UHGV virus genome: UHGV-0049167
Length of the DNA stretch: 64,000 nt
Strand: one strand, 5' to 3'
From: a virus
Part shown: one piece after another, positions 39,785-51,066 of the stretch
Layout of the letters: every line of letters begins with the position of its first letter
Position numbering within the stretch: the first letter of the stretch is position 1
Notes under the pieces: generated by a model
Databases searched by the model: none
The model's input: only the letters and a program-made list of their open reading frames with translations
Told to the model about the DNA's origin: nothing
Program-made: the position numbers and the translations under genes

Positions 39785-40146
39785 TGTTCACAGACCGCAA
39801 TTCTCATATAGAATTCGAATACAAGGGAACATTCTACCGCATAGACGACTACAAGAGTCCGGACGGTGACCTCATAGACAGCAACCAGAATGAGGAAGAG
39901 ACCGTGATACTTGAAACAATGTGTGACATACAGGAGACGCGCAAAGCGTTTGCCACTGATGTAATCAAGAAAGAATACACGGTTTACTTCCCTTTTAAAG
40001 CAGATGACGGACTGCCTCCGGCATTAAAGCCTGGAATTTATTTCCGGTCAGAAATGTACGGAATGGCTATCGACGGTATGGTGACAGGTGTATATCCGAC
40101 TCAGATGGGAGGATGCACGGCTTATATCACAGGCTCTGACGTATGA
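39778..40146 (+). CDS. putative head-tail connector protein
   Basis: 122 aa, overlaps upstream stop. Confidence 0.35.
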   Translation: MLMFTDRNSHIEFEYKGTFYRIDDYKSPDGDLIDSNQNEEETVILETMCDIQETRKAFATDVIKKEYTVYFPFKADDGLPPALKPGIYFRSEMYGMAIDGMVTGVYPTQMGGCTAYITGSDV

Positions 40147-40156
40147 CACGCGAGGT

Positions 40157-40606
40157 ATGGCAAAGACTCTGAAACAACAGGCTACAGAACAATTGATATC
40201 GCAGTTGGCGAATGAAGGTGTCCGTATACTCCGACAATGTGTGGAACAGCGTGACTACACACACCGCTCATATAACCTCTACGATAGCTATGGCTACGGG
40301 GTCTATATGAGTGGCAAACTGCAACGCTACGGCTTTCTCGGTACGCAAAAAGCTTCAGACCCTCGCGAATGGTATGGAGAAAATGTCCGGGGGCGCGAAG
40401 AGATACTTGAATTCCTGACCTCCGGTTATAAGCCATCACAGAATATCGAGCTTGTCATTGCGGCAGCGATGCCTTACGCATCCGTATTGGAAAGCGGCAA
40501 GGGACTGAGGCATAAATATAAGGTCATATCAATGTCGTACGACATGTTGAGAGACATAGCTCAAAAATACAACGGAACTGTAAAGACGATAACAGGAAAT
40601 GGATGA
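40157..40606 (+). CDS. putative head-tail connector protein
   Basis: ORF table 40088; start moved to ATG at 40157 after upstream stop. Confidence 0.35.
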   Translation: MAKTLKQQATEQLISQLANEGVRILRQCVEQRDYTHRSYNLYDSYGYGVYMSGKLQRYGFLGTQKASDPREWYGENVRGREEILEFLTSGYKPSQNIELVIAAAMPYASVLESGKGLRHKYKVISMSYDMLRDIAQKYNGTVKTITGNG

Positions 40607-40994
40607 AAAGGCAAAAAGAATTTCGCGCATAGAGAATTTCTTTTCCATGCTGCTTACAGGCAAAGGAATATCTGACCACATATTTGTTGGCGACTTGCCG
40701 CCTACTACGGGAAGAAGCTGGCAGAATATGGTTCTCGTAGATGTTAACAGGCATACAGATTACGACTCGCATGCTTCCGGTTCTGCATCCATATTCCTTT
40801 ACGCACGCCCGAAAGGCACGGGACCGGTGAAGAATGTCGCCATGCTTGACAGTATGGAGGAAGCCTTGAACGTGACCATAAAAGAAGCACAGGACAACAG
40901 TTATGTGATAAGCGAGAACTGGCGTGACTCGGGCTATGACAACGACCGCAACTTCCACTATAACATTGTGAACGTGAGCGTATTAATAAGATAA
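40599..40994 (+). CDS. putative head-tail connector / tail completion protein
   Basis: 131-aa ORF. Confidence 0.35.
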   Translation: MDEKAKRISRIENFFSMLLTGKGISDHIFVGDLPPTTGRSWQNMVLVDVNRHTDYDSHASGSASIFLYARPKGTGPVKNVAMLDSMEEALNVTIKEAQDNSYVISENWRDSGYDNDRNFHYNIVNVSVLIR

Positions 40995-41033
40995 CAGGAT
41001 AACAACACAAAATTAAAGAAAGGAAATAATATC

Positions 41034-41636
41034 ATGGCAACAGTAAAGAAAACAGGAGCTACATCTGTAAAGGTGGCAAAGCCTAAATTCATTTTCGCTA
41101 CTCTGTTGACTAAAGGCAGTGGTGGAGAATATGAAAAAAGTGATACTACATACCAGTTCGAACATGTATTGCGTGACAGCACATCGCTGACGCAGGACGA
41201 GAACACGACCAACGCCATTGAGAACGAAGTCTCTGACGAGGCTATCATGCAGAATGTGACACTTGGCGCATGGCAGTTCACATCCACTATTGAGGATATT
41301 CAGAAAGACCTCGTAAAGGATATGTGTGGCTTCACGGTTGATGGGGAGAAAGCTTATGCACCGGCTTCATACACGGAAAGGTTTGCGGAAGTCGCAGTCG
41401 TGCTTGACGCAGGAACGGACGCTGAAGGAGAGCAGAAGTATGTCGCATATGTCGTTCCGAAACTGCAACTCAATACCAGACTGATTCTTGAGTCTCTTAG
41501 TACAAGCATGGCTGGATTCACCCTTGCCGGAACAGCACAGTCTACAGAAATGACAATCACAGGGAGCAAGACTGTAAGCTCTCCGATGTACATTGATATG
41601 GACTATACTCTGCCGACGGCAGGTGTCGGTGGATAA
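41034..41636 (+). CDS. putative major tail (tube) protein
   Basis: 200 aa, Thr/Ser/Ala-rich, positioned before the chaperone pair and tape measure gene. Confidence 0.45.
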   Translation: MATVKKTGATSVKVAKPKFIFATLLTKGSGGEYEKSDTTYQFEHVLRDSTSLTQDENTTNAIENEVSDEAIMQNVTLGAWQFTSTIEDIQKDLVKDMCGFTVDGEKAYAPASYTERFAEVAVVLDAGTDAEGEQKYVAYVVPKLQLNTRLILESLSTSMAGFTLAGTAQSTEMTITGSKTVSSPMYIDMDYTLPTAGVGG

Positions 41637-41733
41637 CAGGAGCGGTTTGATTGGTTTTCAGGGATAACAATTATTATTTGGCAGGGGCGGCGGCAGACAT
41701 TACCGCCGCCCTTTTCGATAAAATCACAACTAT

Positions 41734-42249
41734 ATGAAAAACGACAGCAAAGGTAAGGTCACGCCTCAGACACCGCTCTCAGATGAAGCCATGGAGGCTC
41801 TTGTGCGGCTGATGAACGACAGTCCCACGGTGAAAAAGCTCCATGGTACGGAATGGGAGATACATGCGCTGAAACCCGGTGCTCAGTGGCTGATAGCAGA
41901 GGAAGCGTGCAAGATTGTTAAGAAAGAAAAGATGTCAATGGGTGACGTGATAAAGGAAATGGCAGGAAATATCCCGTCGGTCGCGCGTATACTCACAATA
42001 GCACTGCTCAACGATAAGGATAGAATCAACAGCGACGAATACAATAAGGTCTACGACACGCTTCTTTGGGGAGATTACAGGCAAAGGGATTGGGCTGAAT
42101 TGCTTTTCGAGATTATAAAGCTTATGGAAGTGGATTTTTTCTTCGCGAATACCAATGCGGTTCAGACGTTGAGAGAGACGACGCTCGGAAGAAAGATGAC
42201 GGAGGAGGAACAAGAATCATCCCGTCACGCACGGAATGGGGTCAAATGA
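41734..42249 (+). CDS. putative tail assembly chaperone
   Basis: 171 aa directly upstream of tape measure gene. Confidence 0.4.
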   Translation: MKNDSKGKVTPQTPLSDEAMEALVRLMNDSPTVKKLHGTEWEIHALKPGAQWLIAEEACKIVKKEKMSMGDVIKEMAGNIPSVARILTIALLNDKDRINSDEYNKVYDTLLWGDYRQRDWAELLFEIIKLMEVDFFFANTNAVQTLRETTLGRKMTEEEQESSRHARNGVK

Positions 42250-42449
42250 TTGATTTCCTACGTGCCAACCCGTGGTGTTCGCGTGAAGAATATTTATGGA
42301 GTATGACTGTATCGCAGATACGGCTTGCATCTCTTGATTTCTCTCATGTGGAATATATGGACAAAGGCGACAGCAGCCAGCATACTATAAACATCGAGAG
42401 TGCTGATGACCTGAAAAACCTTAGTGACCTCGGTTTCCCAATAATTTGA
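42246..42449 (+). CDS. putative tail assembly protein (second chaperone-position gene)
   Basis: 67 aa, ATGA overlap with upstream gene. Confidence 0.3.
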   Translation: MIDFLRANPWCSREEYLWSMTVSQIRLASLDFSHVEYMDKGDSSQHTINIESADDLKNLSDLGFPII

Positions 42450-42473
42450 TAACCAATAAAAAGAGACATATTT

Positions 42474-45400
42474 ATGAGCGGAGAAATTGGAAGCGCACTT
42501 GTAATACCTGAAAGCGTACTTGACTCATTTAAAGATGCTGATGAATGGTTGGCAAAATTACAAAAGAGGATTTATGATACCGGTGATATTTCCGGAAGGT
42601 CTTTTGGTAAAATGGTAAATGGGACAACCCGTTTTTCCTCGGTGCTTGACGCTGTCATACAAAAGCTGAAGGAAGTGGAGAAATCGTCGGTAAACGCCTC
42701 TACGGCATTTAATGCCATGAGCGGGGCAAAATTCGGGAATGCGGCAACGCAGGCGGAGAAGCTGAACACAAGTATAGTGAGAGCAGCGGAAAACATAGAG
42801 AGGCTCACATCTGCTACAAGAGACAGACAAGGCGATTCCGGACTGAAGAACATCAGTGTTACATTAGATGCTCTATGGAAAAAATTAAAAGATACCCGCG
42901 TAGAGCTGGAGCTGTATTGGAAGTATATATCTACAGGTAAAAAGGACAATGTCGAATTTGGGCAAAAGGGACTTAATGAAGCATCCAAGACTGCTGATGC
43001 GCTTATGCGACAAATCACTGCTCTTGACGCTGCCTATAAACAGCTACGGAGGAGTTCAGCCAACGTAAATGACATGAAAGGGCAGACGCTCGCGGACATG
43101 CGACAGTCTGACATTTTGAGGAAAATGTCAGAATATTACCGTGATATGGAACGGTCGTCTGCTGCTGCGGCAAAAGAAGCCGAGAAGAGAGCCAGGTCGG
43201 AGGAAAAAGCGGCAAAAGCCCAATCTAAAATATACCAGCAACAGAACTATGCCCGTAATACCACATATGCGGGAGCGTTAAGCTTTGCTGAGGACGCAAA
43301 TACGATAAACCGACGTACCCAAGCCATTAAATACTTGCAGGAGGCTCGCGCAGCACTGTCTGCCACAGACAGTGAGTATGCATCCAAGCTTCGTACCCTT
43401 AATGACCGTATCAAGCAGTTGAATGCCGCAAATAACGAGGCTATAGCGGGAAGCAAAAACCTTGTGAACGAGCATCGTCGTCTGTTCGATATAACCGGGC
43501 AGCTGTCACGGTCGTTTGCGCTCCTGTTTTCAGTGTCGCAGATACGTGGATATATTGCAAATGTCGCTACGGTACGTGGGGAGTTCGAGATGTCACAACG
43601 CTCACTTGAAGCGATACTGCAAAACAAGACACAGGCTGACGAAATTTTTGCCAAGACGGTTGAACTTGCCGTTAAATCGCCTTTTCGCATAAAGGACTTG
43701 GTTCAGTATACACGGCAGCTTGCCGCCTACCGTATAGAATCAGACAAACTGTTTGATACCACCAAACGCCTTGCTGATGTCTCTGCAGGTCTTGGCGTGG
43801 ATATGCAGAGACTTATTCTTGCTTACGGACAGGTAAAGGCTGCCGCATATCTGCGCGGTTCGGAAGTACGCCAGTTCACGGAGGCAGGTGTGAATATGTA
43901 CGGGGAACTGCAACGTTATTTTCAGGAGGTCAAAGGTGAGGCATATACCACAGCGCAAATTGTTGACATGATAAGCAAGCGCATGGTGACGTTCCAAGAC
44001 GTGGAAGCTGTCTTTGAGAGAATGACAAGTGACGGAGGCATCTTCTTCAACATGCAGGAGATACAGGCTGAAACCTTGCAGGGCAAGATAAGCAATTTCC
44101 AGGACTCTCTTGATGTCATGTTAAATTCCATAGGCAAGGCAAACGAAGGTCTCTTGAAGGGTGCGATAGATGGAGCGACGGCATTGCTTGAACATTGGGA
44201 GGAACTTGTGGACGTCGGCAAGGCACTTGCAGCCATACTTCTTACAATCAAAGCACGTTCAATGTTCCTGAACTCGACGTTGGGAATCGCTTTTACACAA
44301 GCAGACACAAAAGGTCTCGCGCGTTACAAAGCCTTGTTTGTCAACGCTTTCACCAGCATGGGAAATGCTGTAAAATCTTTTGGGACAATCGCAAAAACAT
44401 CTCTTGTCGGACTCGGAATTTTTGCTGCCATCGAATTGATAACAACCGCAATAGGTAAATGGAGCGATTATAATAAAAAAGTCAAGGAGGCGCAGGAAGA
44501 TACCATAAAGACAAGAGAAGAAATAAGGAAAATATCAAGTGCTTATAATGACCTCGCGGATACGGCAACAACCGCTGACACAAAGGATTTGCAGAAAAAC
44601 ATTGACAAACGTAGGATTGCCCTGCAAAGGCTCATTGACAGCGCGGCGAAAGACGGTCTGGTATTAAAGATAAACGTGGAGGAGGTAAAAGATGAGGATT
44701 TAAACAAGACGTTTGACAGTGTAGAGAAGAAATATAAGGATTTCGTTGATGAACTGGAGATAATCAGGCGGAACTATGCCGAGAGTAACAGAAAATTGGT
44801 CTTTGATGGAATTGACGATGACCGTGAAGATTACAAAAACGCTGTTCTTGACTTTCTTTCACAATCGTCCAAAATAGAAACAGCCGTTGCTATAGTGAAT
44901 GCCAATTATGACAAGGCAACGGCAGCCACAAAGAAATATTTTGACGAGATAAGGGCAGGGCAGAAAGCCGGCGAATCGAACCTTGATTATATGCGGCGAA
45001 TGGCAGCAGCCTTGCAGCAAATGAATGTGCATTTAGGAGGAAATATTTATGCAACTCCAGGATGGCTGGACGGAGTGGAGGGGATGGTAGACATTGTGGA
45101 CACCTACAATTCTGTAGAGAAAGCCGGGGCTGCGTTGGAGAAAGAGTACGAGAAAGTGTTCGGGGACTTGCGTGATAAATACAAAAACGACCCGATTAAG
45201 ATAAAAGCCGCTATTGATAAGGTCGCAGCTGAAGAGGATTGGAGCCAATATGACCGGGAGTTGGCTTACAGACATTTTGGAATCAATGTCAAGATAAACA
45301 AGGACACTATGGAGCAGGAGGTATCGTGGGTTGATGACTACCTCTCGAATTTCTTTGCCAAGAAAAAGTACGGAGTCAGCCTTGTTGTAAAGGAAGTCAC

Positions 45401-48221
45401 GGATGGAAAGGCTCTTAGCGAATTTCTTAAGAAGGGTGACGACGCAGCGAAAGCGGCTAAGAACTGGCAAGAGCTTGAAAGACGAATATCGGCTGTTGGT
45501 AAGAATGTCAAGCAAATTAAGGTTGATGACTCTATAAGAAAATTGTTTAAGGCTGGAGATATAAGGCTAAGTGGAGAAACAATAGATGTTTCGACATTAA
45601 AAGACGTAATCGCTGAATACAAGAAAGCCGCGACTGAAACGTCTGAAAGTCTTGGTGTTGACCCTTTTTCTAAAGAAAATGCCAAGAGTGCCAAGTCTGC
45701 CGCCAAGCAGCAGCGTGACATCCTTCAGGAGCAGATTTCTCTTCTGAAAGAGATGATGGAGGTGTATGAGAAACTGACGCCTATGATTAGCGATGAAAAC
45801 GCGGCAAAGAGAGTCCTGGAAGAATACCGTGACGACCTTCAGTATGTGAAGATGGACAAGAGTATCATAGACTCGTTCGTGCCGACTAAAGAAGGTATGA
45901 TAAAAGCCTTGAATCAGCTTTTGCCAACGATAACGGACTTCAAGAAAAAGGCTGAGGTGATGAAGCTGATAAGCAAGTATGAGATAGAAATCGACTCTGA
46001 CGAATTGAAAAAGCAGCTTGATGGTGCCGAGAAGGAAGCTGACCGCATATTCTCCAATCTCGACCTATTTAGAAAGCTGAAGGAGCAAGGGCTTGACGAC
46101 GGTGCAATACAGCGTATGTTCGGCAATCTGACAATGAGTTTTGAGGATGCGAGGAAACAGCTTGACTCCCTGTATGCCGACAAGCAGGGCGGGGATTGGA
46201 CTAAGCAGAAAGAAGAGCAGTTCGATAAGCTCACGAAGAAAATCAACGATTTCAACCTTGCACAGACTCAGGACATCCTAAAGGATTACGGCAAACAGCT
46301 TGACGAACGCCTGAAACTTGACCTGTGGTATATCAATGAGCGCGCAAAAATTGAGAATAAAGAGCTGAAGTTTACGCCAGAGCAACGTGAAGAATATATA
46401 CAAGCCCTTGACAGGCAAAAAGCAGAAAAAGCAGCAAATCTTGAATGGGAGCAGTTTAAGAATACCGAAACATACATTGAGATGTTCAACAATCTCGACA
46501 ATGTGTCCTCACACATGTTGGAGCGCATGAGAGAGAAGCTTGAAGCCCTTAAAAGTTCTCTGAAAGGTCTGTCCCCTGAACAGCTTAAAGTCATTCAGGA
46601 ACAGATAAACAAAATCGACGATGAGATACTGGAACGCAATCCGTTGAAAGATTTTGGTAAAAATCTCAATCAATTTTCCAATGCTTCAAAAAGTATAAAA
46701 GAACTTGAAAAAACATATGATGTTGAGAAGCAAAAACTTGAAGAACTTGAAGACAAACTCGATGAAGCGGCTGAACACGTCAACAAGTTAAACGAGGCAT
46801 ATGCAAAACTCTCCGACAGTGACAAGCGAGGTGATGCTGGGACAGAACTCAATAATGAGATAAATGACGCGAAAAGGCAATACGACGAAATAAATAAAAA
46901 GGTTAATGAGCAGGAGAAAAACGTTGCCAATGTCACGAAAGAACTCAATAAGTGGCAAAGAATGCTCAAAACTCTTGGAGGGCAGTTTGAGTATATCGGT
47001 TCATGGTTCGGTGCCATTTCATCAGGAGTAACCGAAATATCCGCCAACCTTGAAAACGTTTTCGGCACAATGTCTGACGGCATCCGTGACACAATCGAGA
47101 GCATTTCCGATATTGCAGGAGGATTGGGACAGACTGCCAGCGGCATAGGGCAACTTGTCGCGCCAGGTGGATTGCTCAACCCCTCGGCATGGGTAAGCAC
47201 CATTGGCGGTATTACTAAGACCATAGGCTCATTATTCAATATCGGAGACAAGAAAAAAGAACGTCAGATAAAAAGACTGACAGAGCAGGTCGAGAGCCTC
47301 CAACATGCCTATGAAAACCTTGAACAAGAACAGTCTGATGCATGGAGCATTACAGAACTTGATAAATACACGGAGAAGCTGAAGGATAATCTCGAAATGC
47401 AAAATGCCAACCTGCGTGCTATGATTGCTGCGGAGGAGGACAAGAAGAAAAAGGATAAGGACCGCATAAAGGAGTGGCGGGAACAGATAGAGGAAAATGA
47501 GAAAGCAATAAAAAAGGCACAAGACACATTGCAGGAGGAAATTGGAGGATTCGGCTCAAAGGCAAATTATAAGTCTGCGGCACAAGCTTTTGCGGACGCA
47601 TGGGTTGACGCATTCAATGAAGGTTCTGACACACTCGCTGCACTTGAAAGCCAATTGGATGAGGTGTTTGATAATTTGTTAAAAAAACAAGTCAGCTATC
47701 GTGTGGCAGACAATATTATCAACAGTTTGTTGAAGCCTCTTGACGATGCGCTTGTGAATTATGACGGTTCATCGTCTTCATTGCAAAGTCTGAGACAATC
47801 ATTGGAGAAAATACGCGAGGAATCTCCAGAAACGCTTAAAGCGTTTGACGAAGCCATGAAATCAATCGCAGATATCCTCGGGTTTAAATTTGGTGCCGGT
47901 GCGGATTCTGAATCAAGCCTTTCTGCCCTGCAGCAGGGCATACAAGGAGTAACGGAACAAACGGCTGAAGCCCTTGAAGCTTTGCTTAACTCTATTCGCT
48001 TCTTTGTCGCGAAACAGACTGAGGACATAGCTGCCATCCGAGCCTTGTTGTCGGGCAGTCAGTCCATCGACATGTCCTCAACCGACAATCCGATGGTTAC
48101 CATACTGCGTGAACAGGCAGGGTATTTAAGAAGTATGTTATCTATAATGACTGATATGTGGAACCAAGCCTTTGCTCCGGGACATCCCAAAGGCGGCAGA
48201 GGATTAAAGGTTTTCATGTAG
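42474..48221 (+). CDS. tail tape measure protein
   Basis: 1915 aa, long coiled-coil-rich Ala/Lys/Glu/Gln sequence with central hydrophobic stretch, downstream of tail tube and chaperone genes. Confidence 0.75.
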   Translation: MSGEIGSALVIPESVLDSFKDADEWLAKLQKRIYDTGDISGRSFGKMVNGTTRFSSVLDAVIQKLKEVEKSSVNASTAFNAMSGAKFGNAATQAEKLNTSIVRAAENIERLTSATRDRQGDSGLKNISVTLDALWKKLKDTRVELELYWKYISTGKKDNVEFGQKGLNEASKTADALMRQITALDAAYKQLRRSSANVNDMKGQTLADMRQSDILRKMSEYYRDMERSSAAAAKEAEKRARSEEKAAKAQSKIYQQQNYARNTTYAGALSFAEDANTINRRTQAIKYLQEARAALSATDSEYASKLRTLNDRIKQLNAANNEAIAGSKNLVNEHRRLFDITGQLSRSFALLFSVSQIRGYIANVATVRGEFEMSQRSLEAILQNKTQADEIFAKTVELAVKSPFRIKDLVQYTRQLAAYRIESDKLFDTTKRLADVSAGLGVDMQRLILAYGQVKAAAYLRGSEVRQFTEAGVNMYGELQRYFQEVKGEAYTTAQIVDMISKRMVTFQDVEAVFERMTSDGGIFFNMQEIQAETLQGKISNFQDSLDVMLNSIGKANEGLLKGAIDGATALLEHWEELVDVGKALAAILLTIKARSMFLNSTLGIAFTQADTKGLARYKALFVNAFTSMGNAVKSFGTIAKTSLVGLGIFAAIELITTAIGKWSDYNKKVKEAQEDTIKTREEIRKISSAYNDLADTATTADTKDLQKNIDKRRIALQRLIDSAAKDGLVLKINVEEVKDEDLNKTFDSVEKKYKDFVDELEIIRRNYAESNRKLVFDGIDDDREDYKNAVLDFLSQSSKIETAVAIVNANYDKATAATKKYFDEIRAGQKAGESNLDYMRRMAAALQQMNVHLGGNIYATPGWLDGVEGMVDIVDTYNSVEKAGAALEKEYEKVFGDLRDKYKNDPIKIKAAIDKVAAEEDWSQYDRELAYRHFGINVKINKDTMEQEVSWVDDYLSNFFAKKKYGVSLVVKEVTDGKALSEFLKKGDDAAKAAKNWQELERRISAVGKNVKQIKVDDSIRKLFKAGDIRLSGETIDVSTLKDVIAEYKKAATETSESLGVDPFSKENAKSAKSAAKQQRDILQEQISLLKEMMEVYEKLTPMISDENAAKRVLEEYRDDLQYVKMDKSIIDSFVPTKEGMIKALNQLLPTITDFKKKAEVMKLISKYEIEIDSDELKKQLDGAEKEADRIFSNLDLFRKLKEQGLDDGAIQRMFGNLTMSFEDARKQLDSLYADKQGGDWTKQKEEQFDKLTKKINDFNLAQTQDILKDYGKQLDERLKLDLWYINERAKIENKELKFTPEQREEYIQALDRQKAEKAANLEWEQFKNTETYIEMFNNLDNVSSHMLERMREKLEALKSSLKGLSPEQLKVIQEQINKIDDEILERNPLKDFGKNLNQFSNASKSIKELEKTYDVEKQKLEELEDKLDEAAEHVNKLNEAYAKLSDSDKRGDAGTELNNEINDAKRQYDEINKKVNEQEKNVANVTKELNKWQRMLKTLGGQFEYIGSWFGAISSGVTEISANLENVFGTMSDGIRDTIESISDIAGGLGQTASGIGQLVAPGGLLNPSAWVSTIGGITKTIGSLFNIGDKKKERQIKRLTEQVESLQHAYENLEQEQSDAWSITELDKYTEKLKDNLEMQNANLRAMIAAEEDKKKKDKDRIKEWREQIEENEKAIKKAQDTLQEEIGGFGSKANYKSAAQAFADAWVDAFNEGSDTLAALESQLDEVFDNLLKKQVSYRVADNIINSLLKPLDDALVNYDGSSSSLQSLRQSLEKIREESPETLKAFDEAMKSIADILGFKFGAGADSESSLSALQQGIQGVTEQTAEALEALLNSIRFFVAKQTEDIAAIRALLSGSQSIDMSSTDNPMVTILREQAGYLRSMLSIMTDMWNQAFAPGHPKGGRGLKVFM

Positions 48222-48275
48222 ACTCTATACTCATACGCTGGGCAAGAGTATAAAAAGCCCCGGCACCTGAAAGTT

Positions 48276-48623
48276 TTGTCGCCAAACAAACCTTATAATA
48301 CGATAATGCCTACCGTAGAAGTGCCGAGGCGTATGACTCCGACCTACGATAGGCATTATTATTTAAATAAGATTTGTTTGGCATCTGCAAATTTAAAAAA
48401 ATTTTTTGATATGACAAGATTTTCAGGGAAGAATAGACGAGAAAGTACAATAATTCGTGATAACAATGTTCATAAGCTGTATCACGATTTATGTTTAGAG
48501 CTTGGCAATGTGTCAACAGTTGTCTCAAAGCAATATATTTATGAACGGATAAGCGAAAAAATTGGACTGGGACGGCAAACTATAGCATTTATCCTTAACC
48601 ACACAAAACCAACAAAAAAATAG
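48276..48623 (+). CDS. hypothetical protein (AT-rich, doubtful)
   Basis: 115-aa ORF in AT-rich gap after the tape measure gene. Confidence 0.25.
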   Translation: MSPNKPYNTIMPTVEVPRRMTPTYDRHYYLNKICLASANLKKFFDMTRFSGKNRRESTIIRDNNVHKLYHDLCLELGNVSTVVSKQYIYERISEKIGLGRQTIAFILNHTKPTKK

Positions 48624-48759
48624 TATTTAATAATTACCGTTTTTAAGGTATTTGTTGTGTTTTTATCGGTAAGTAACTTTTCATTTAGGTTTAGGTTTTT
48701 GCGAACTTTGCTGCACGGTTAATATTGACCGCAACAACACAACAAACAATCTGAACTTT

Positions 48760-49713
48760 ATGGAAAGAACTTATGTTTTTAACAGTGACGGCAACTCCGG
48801 AGGCGCGCGTTATGACATCAATGCTATGCTTCCCGGAATGCTGAATAGGGGAATTGACCCTGGTGTGCTGGCACTGATGAATGGCAACGGTGGCTTCGGT
48901 GGGCAAAACGGAATCTGGGGAGTGATTTATCTTGCAATCGTTGCAAGTATCTTCGGGTGGAACAACGGAGGCTTCGGAGGTTTCGGCTCACGTGGCGGCA
49001 ACGGACTGCCAGCGGAACTCGCAGGCAACGCGGGACGCGAACTGCTGATGCAAGCAATCCAAGGCAACGCGAGTGCAATCAACCAAATCGCGTCAACGCT
49101 CAACTGCTCGAGCCAGCAAATCGAGAGTGCACTGTGCAACATCCAGAACAGCATTGGACTGACCGGAACACAGATTATCAACGCCATTCAGAGCGGTGAC
49201 AACGGTATCGTAAACCAGCTGTCAACCTGCTGCTGCAACATCCTTCAGGCAGTGGAGCGTCAGGGCTACGAAAGCCGCCTGGCAACATGCGAGCAGACGC
49301 ACACGCTCGTAGACACCGCGAACAACAACGCCCTCTCGCTCCGTGACGGCGCAACGGCCAACACCAACGCCATACTCGCGAAGCTCGACGCGATGCAGAA
49401 CCAGGCGCTGCAGGACAAAATCGCAGCCCTCACGGCAGAGAAGGCAACGCTCCAGAGCGAAATCTCACAGCGCAACCAGAACGCCACTATCCTCAACGCC
49501 GTAGGCCAGCAAATCGCACCTTTGGCAGCAGGACTGCAGACACTCCAGAGCGACGTCGACGGTATCAAATGCAAGTTGCCCAACACCGTACCTGTACAAT
49601 GGCCTAATATAGTCGGTGTAAACACAGACTTATACAAGGCTGCCGCAGTGGGTGCCGCCGCAGGCCAGTACGCAGGTTATGGATGCGGATACACGCCGAC
49701 GTTTTGGAACTAA
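48760..49713 (+). CDS. Gly-rich structural protein (tail-associated)
   Basis: 317 aa, Gly-rich N-terminus (NGNGGFGGQNG...GGFGGFGSRGGNG) then Gln/Ala-rich coiled-coil-like region. Confidence 0.45.
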   Translation: MERTYVFNSDGNSGGARYDINAMLPGMLNRGIDPGVLALMNGNGGFGGQNGIWGVIYLAIVASIFGWNNGGFGGFGSRGGNGLPAELAGNAGRELLMQAIQGNASAINQIASTLNCSSQQIESALCNIQNSIGLTGTQIINAIQSGDNGIVNQLSTCCCNILQAVERQGYESRLATCEQTHTLVDTANNNALSLRDGATANTNAILAKLDAMQNQALQDKIAALTAEKATLQSEISQRNQNATILNAVGQQIAPLAAGLQTLQSDVDGIKCKLPNTVPVQWPNIVGVNTDLYKAAAVGAAAGQYAGYGCGYTPTFWN

Positions 49714-49732
49714 GCAAGGAAAGGAGGCTACC

Positions 49733-50158
49733 ATGTGGGAATTTTTCTTAGGACTTCCTTTCAACTTCCCCGCGCTCGGGCGAAACAACTACAACACCAT
49801 ACCGAGCGCAGGGGTCACCGTCGGCACCGACGCGGTTACGATAGAACTGCCCGCGCACTCGCTCTACAGGCGCAACTACGTAGGCTCGTTCTACCTCAAC
49901 CTACGCACGGCCATCCCTACGGGAACGACCACAACGCTGCCCGTCAACATCAGCTCCAACGGAGTGTCGCTCCCCCTTATGGAAACCGAGGGCACGCCAG
50001 TGACGGTGGCCAACATCACCGGGGCGGGCATCTACGAAATCCACTACAACCGCTACACCAACGAGCTGTATCTCGTGAACGCAGGTTACAGACAGGCTGC
50101 TGCTGCGGCAGCTACACAGGAAGCGGCTACGGCAGACTTTGACAAATTCAGAAAATAA
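49733..50158 (+). CDS. hypothetical structural protein
   Basis: ORF table 49652; start moved to ATG at 49733 preceded by AAGGAGG. Confidence 0.45.
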   Translation: MWEFFLGLPFNFPALGRNNYNTIPSAGVTVGTDAVTIELPAHSLYRRNYVGSFYLNLRTAIPTGTTTTLPVNISSNGVSLPLMETEGTPVTVANITGAGIYEIHYNRYTNELYLVNAGYRQAAAAAATQEAATADFDKFRK

Positions 50159-50179
50159 CAATATTAAAGCAACACAAGG

Positions 50180-50710
50180 ATGTTTCAGAATCTACGAGAA
50201 AATTCGCAGTTGTTCATACTGCATAAGGACGGCAATCCATATTTAGAATATGGTACAGTGTCAAGCGTTACAGCTCCCAAGCCAAAATATCCGGTGTCTC
50301 CGGCTCCTATGGGGACATTCCCGCAGATGGAGATGGTGGTGGACATTATGGTGAACATAGGCGGGCAGGTAGTCCCGCTTAAGGACTTGAAAGCTAACGC
50401 CGACATAGACGACAACGGTACGGTAGTGGTATCATGCTCAAAAGACGCGATTAACAGTGAGGTGTCCATGATGAGACAAAAGAGTATGGATATTCTTAGC
50501 AGTACAGATTATCACAAGAATGTCATGGCATGCTGTGACAAGATGCTGAATGACCTTAATCCTGAAATAGCTGCCAAGCGTAAGCAGGATGAAGAGATTA
50601 GAGGCATGAAGGAGCAGATGAATACCATAGTGAAAAGTATGAATATGCTTGCCGAGCAGAACAGGCAGCTGATGGAACAGCTCGGAGTTTCTGATACATC
50701 GCAAAAATAA
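50180..50710 (+). CDS. hypothetical protein
   Basis: 176-aa ORF. Confidence 0.4.
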   Translation: MFQNLRENSQLFILHKDGNPYLEYGTVSSVTAPKPKYPVSPAPMGTFPQMEMVVDIMVNIGGQVVPLKDLKANADIDDNGTVVVSCSKDAINSEVSMMRQKSMDILSSTDYHKNVMACCDKMLNDLNPEIAAKRKQDEEIRGMKEQMNTIVKSMNMLAEQNRQLMEQLGVSDTSQK

Positions 50711-50717
50711 ATAAACT

Positions 50718-51005
50718 ATGGGAATGTGGACAATAATGGAGGAAGGACGTGACGGATACGGTCGCGACTTCGGAATGAGAGGCGGTGAGTCTGAACAGGC
50801 CTACAGACAGGGATTTGAGGATGGCTGCCGCCACGGTTACAAGAAGGCAATGATGGAGGCTCATGAAGATATAGGCTTCCGTAACGGACGTTCTTATGGC
50901 GGTGGGTCATACGGCAATCGTATGTCGGGCTACCAGCCCGAGGATACGTGGTCTGATGACATGGGCGAACGCCGTCATCGTAGGGCTAACGGACAGTTCT
51001 ATTAA
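50718..51005 (+). CDS. hypothetical protein
   Basis: 95 aa, Gly/Arg-rich. Confidence 0.35.
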   Translation: MGMWTIMEEGRDGYGRDFGMRGGESEQAYRQGFEDGCRHGYKKAMMEAHEDIGFRNGRSYGGGSYGNRMSGYQPEDTWSDDMGERRHRRANGQFY

Positions 51006-51066
51006 AAAACAGGACGAAGAGTGAGGAAATGAAATCTTCACTCTTCATTTTTCATTCTTAAAATAA

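Noticed and set aside
41734-42449. Programmed -1 frameshift in the tail assembly chaperone pair (G/GT-like)
   Set aside because: The two ORFs are joined by a simple ATGA stop/start overlap and no slippery heptamer was identified, so ordinary translational coupling is the simpler reading; not excluded without a motif search.
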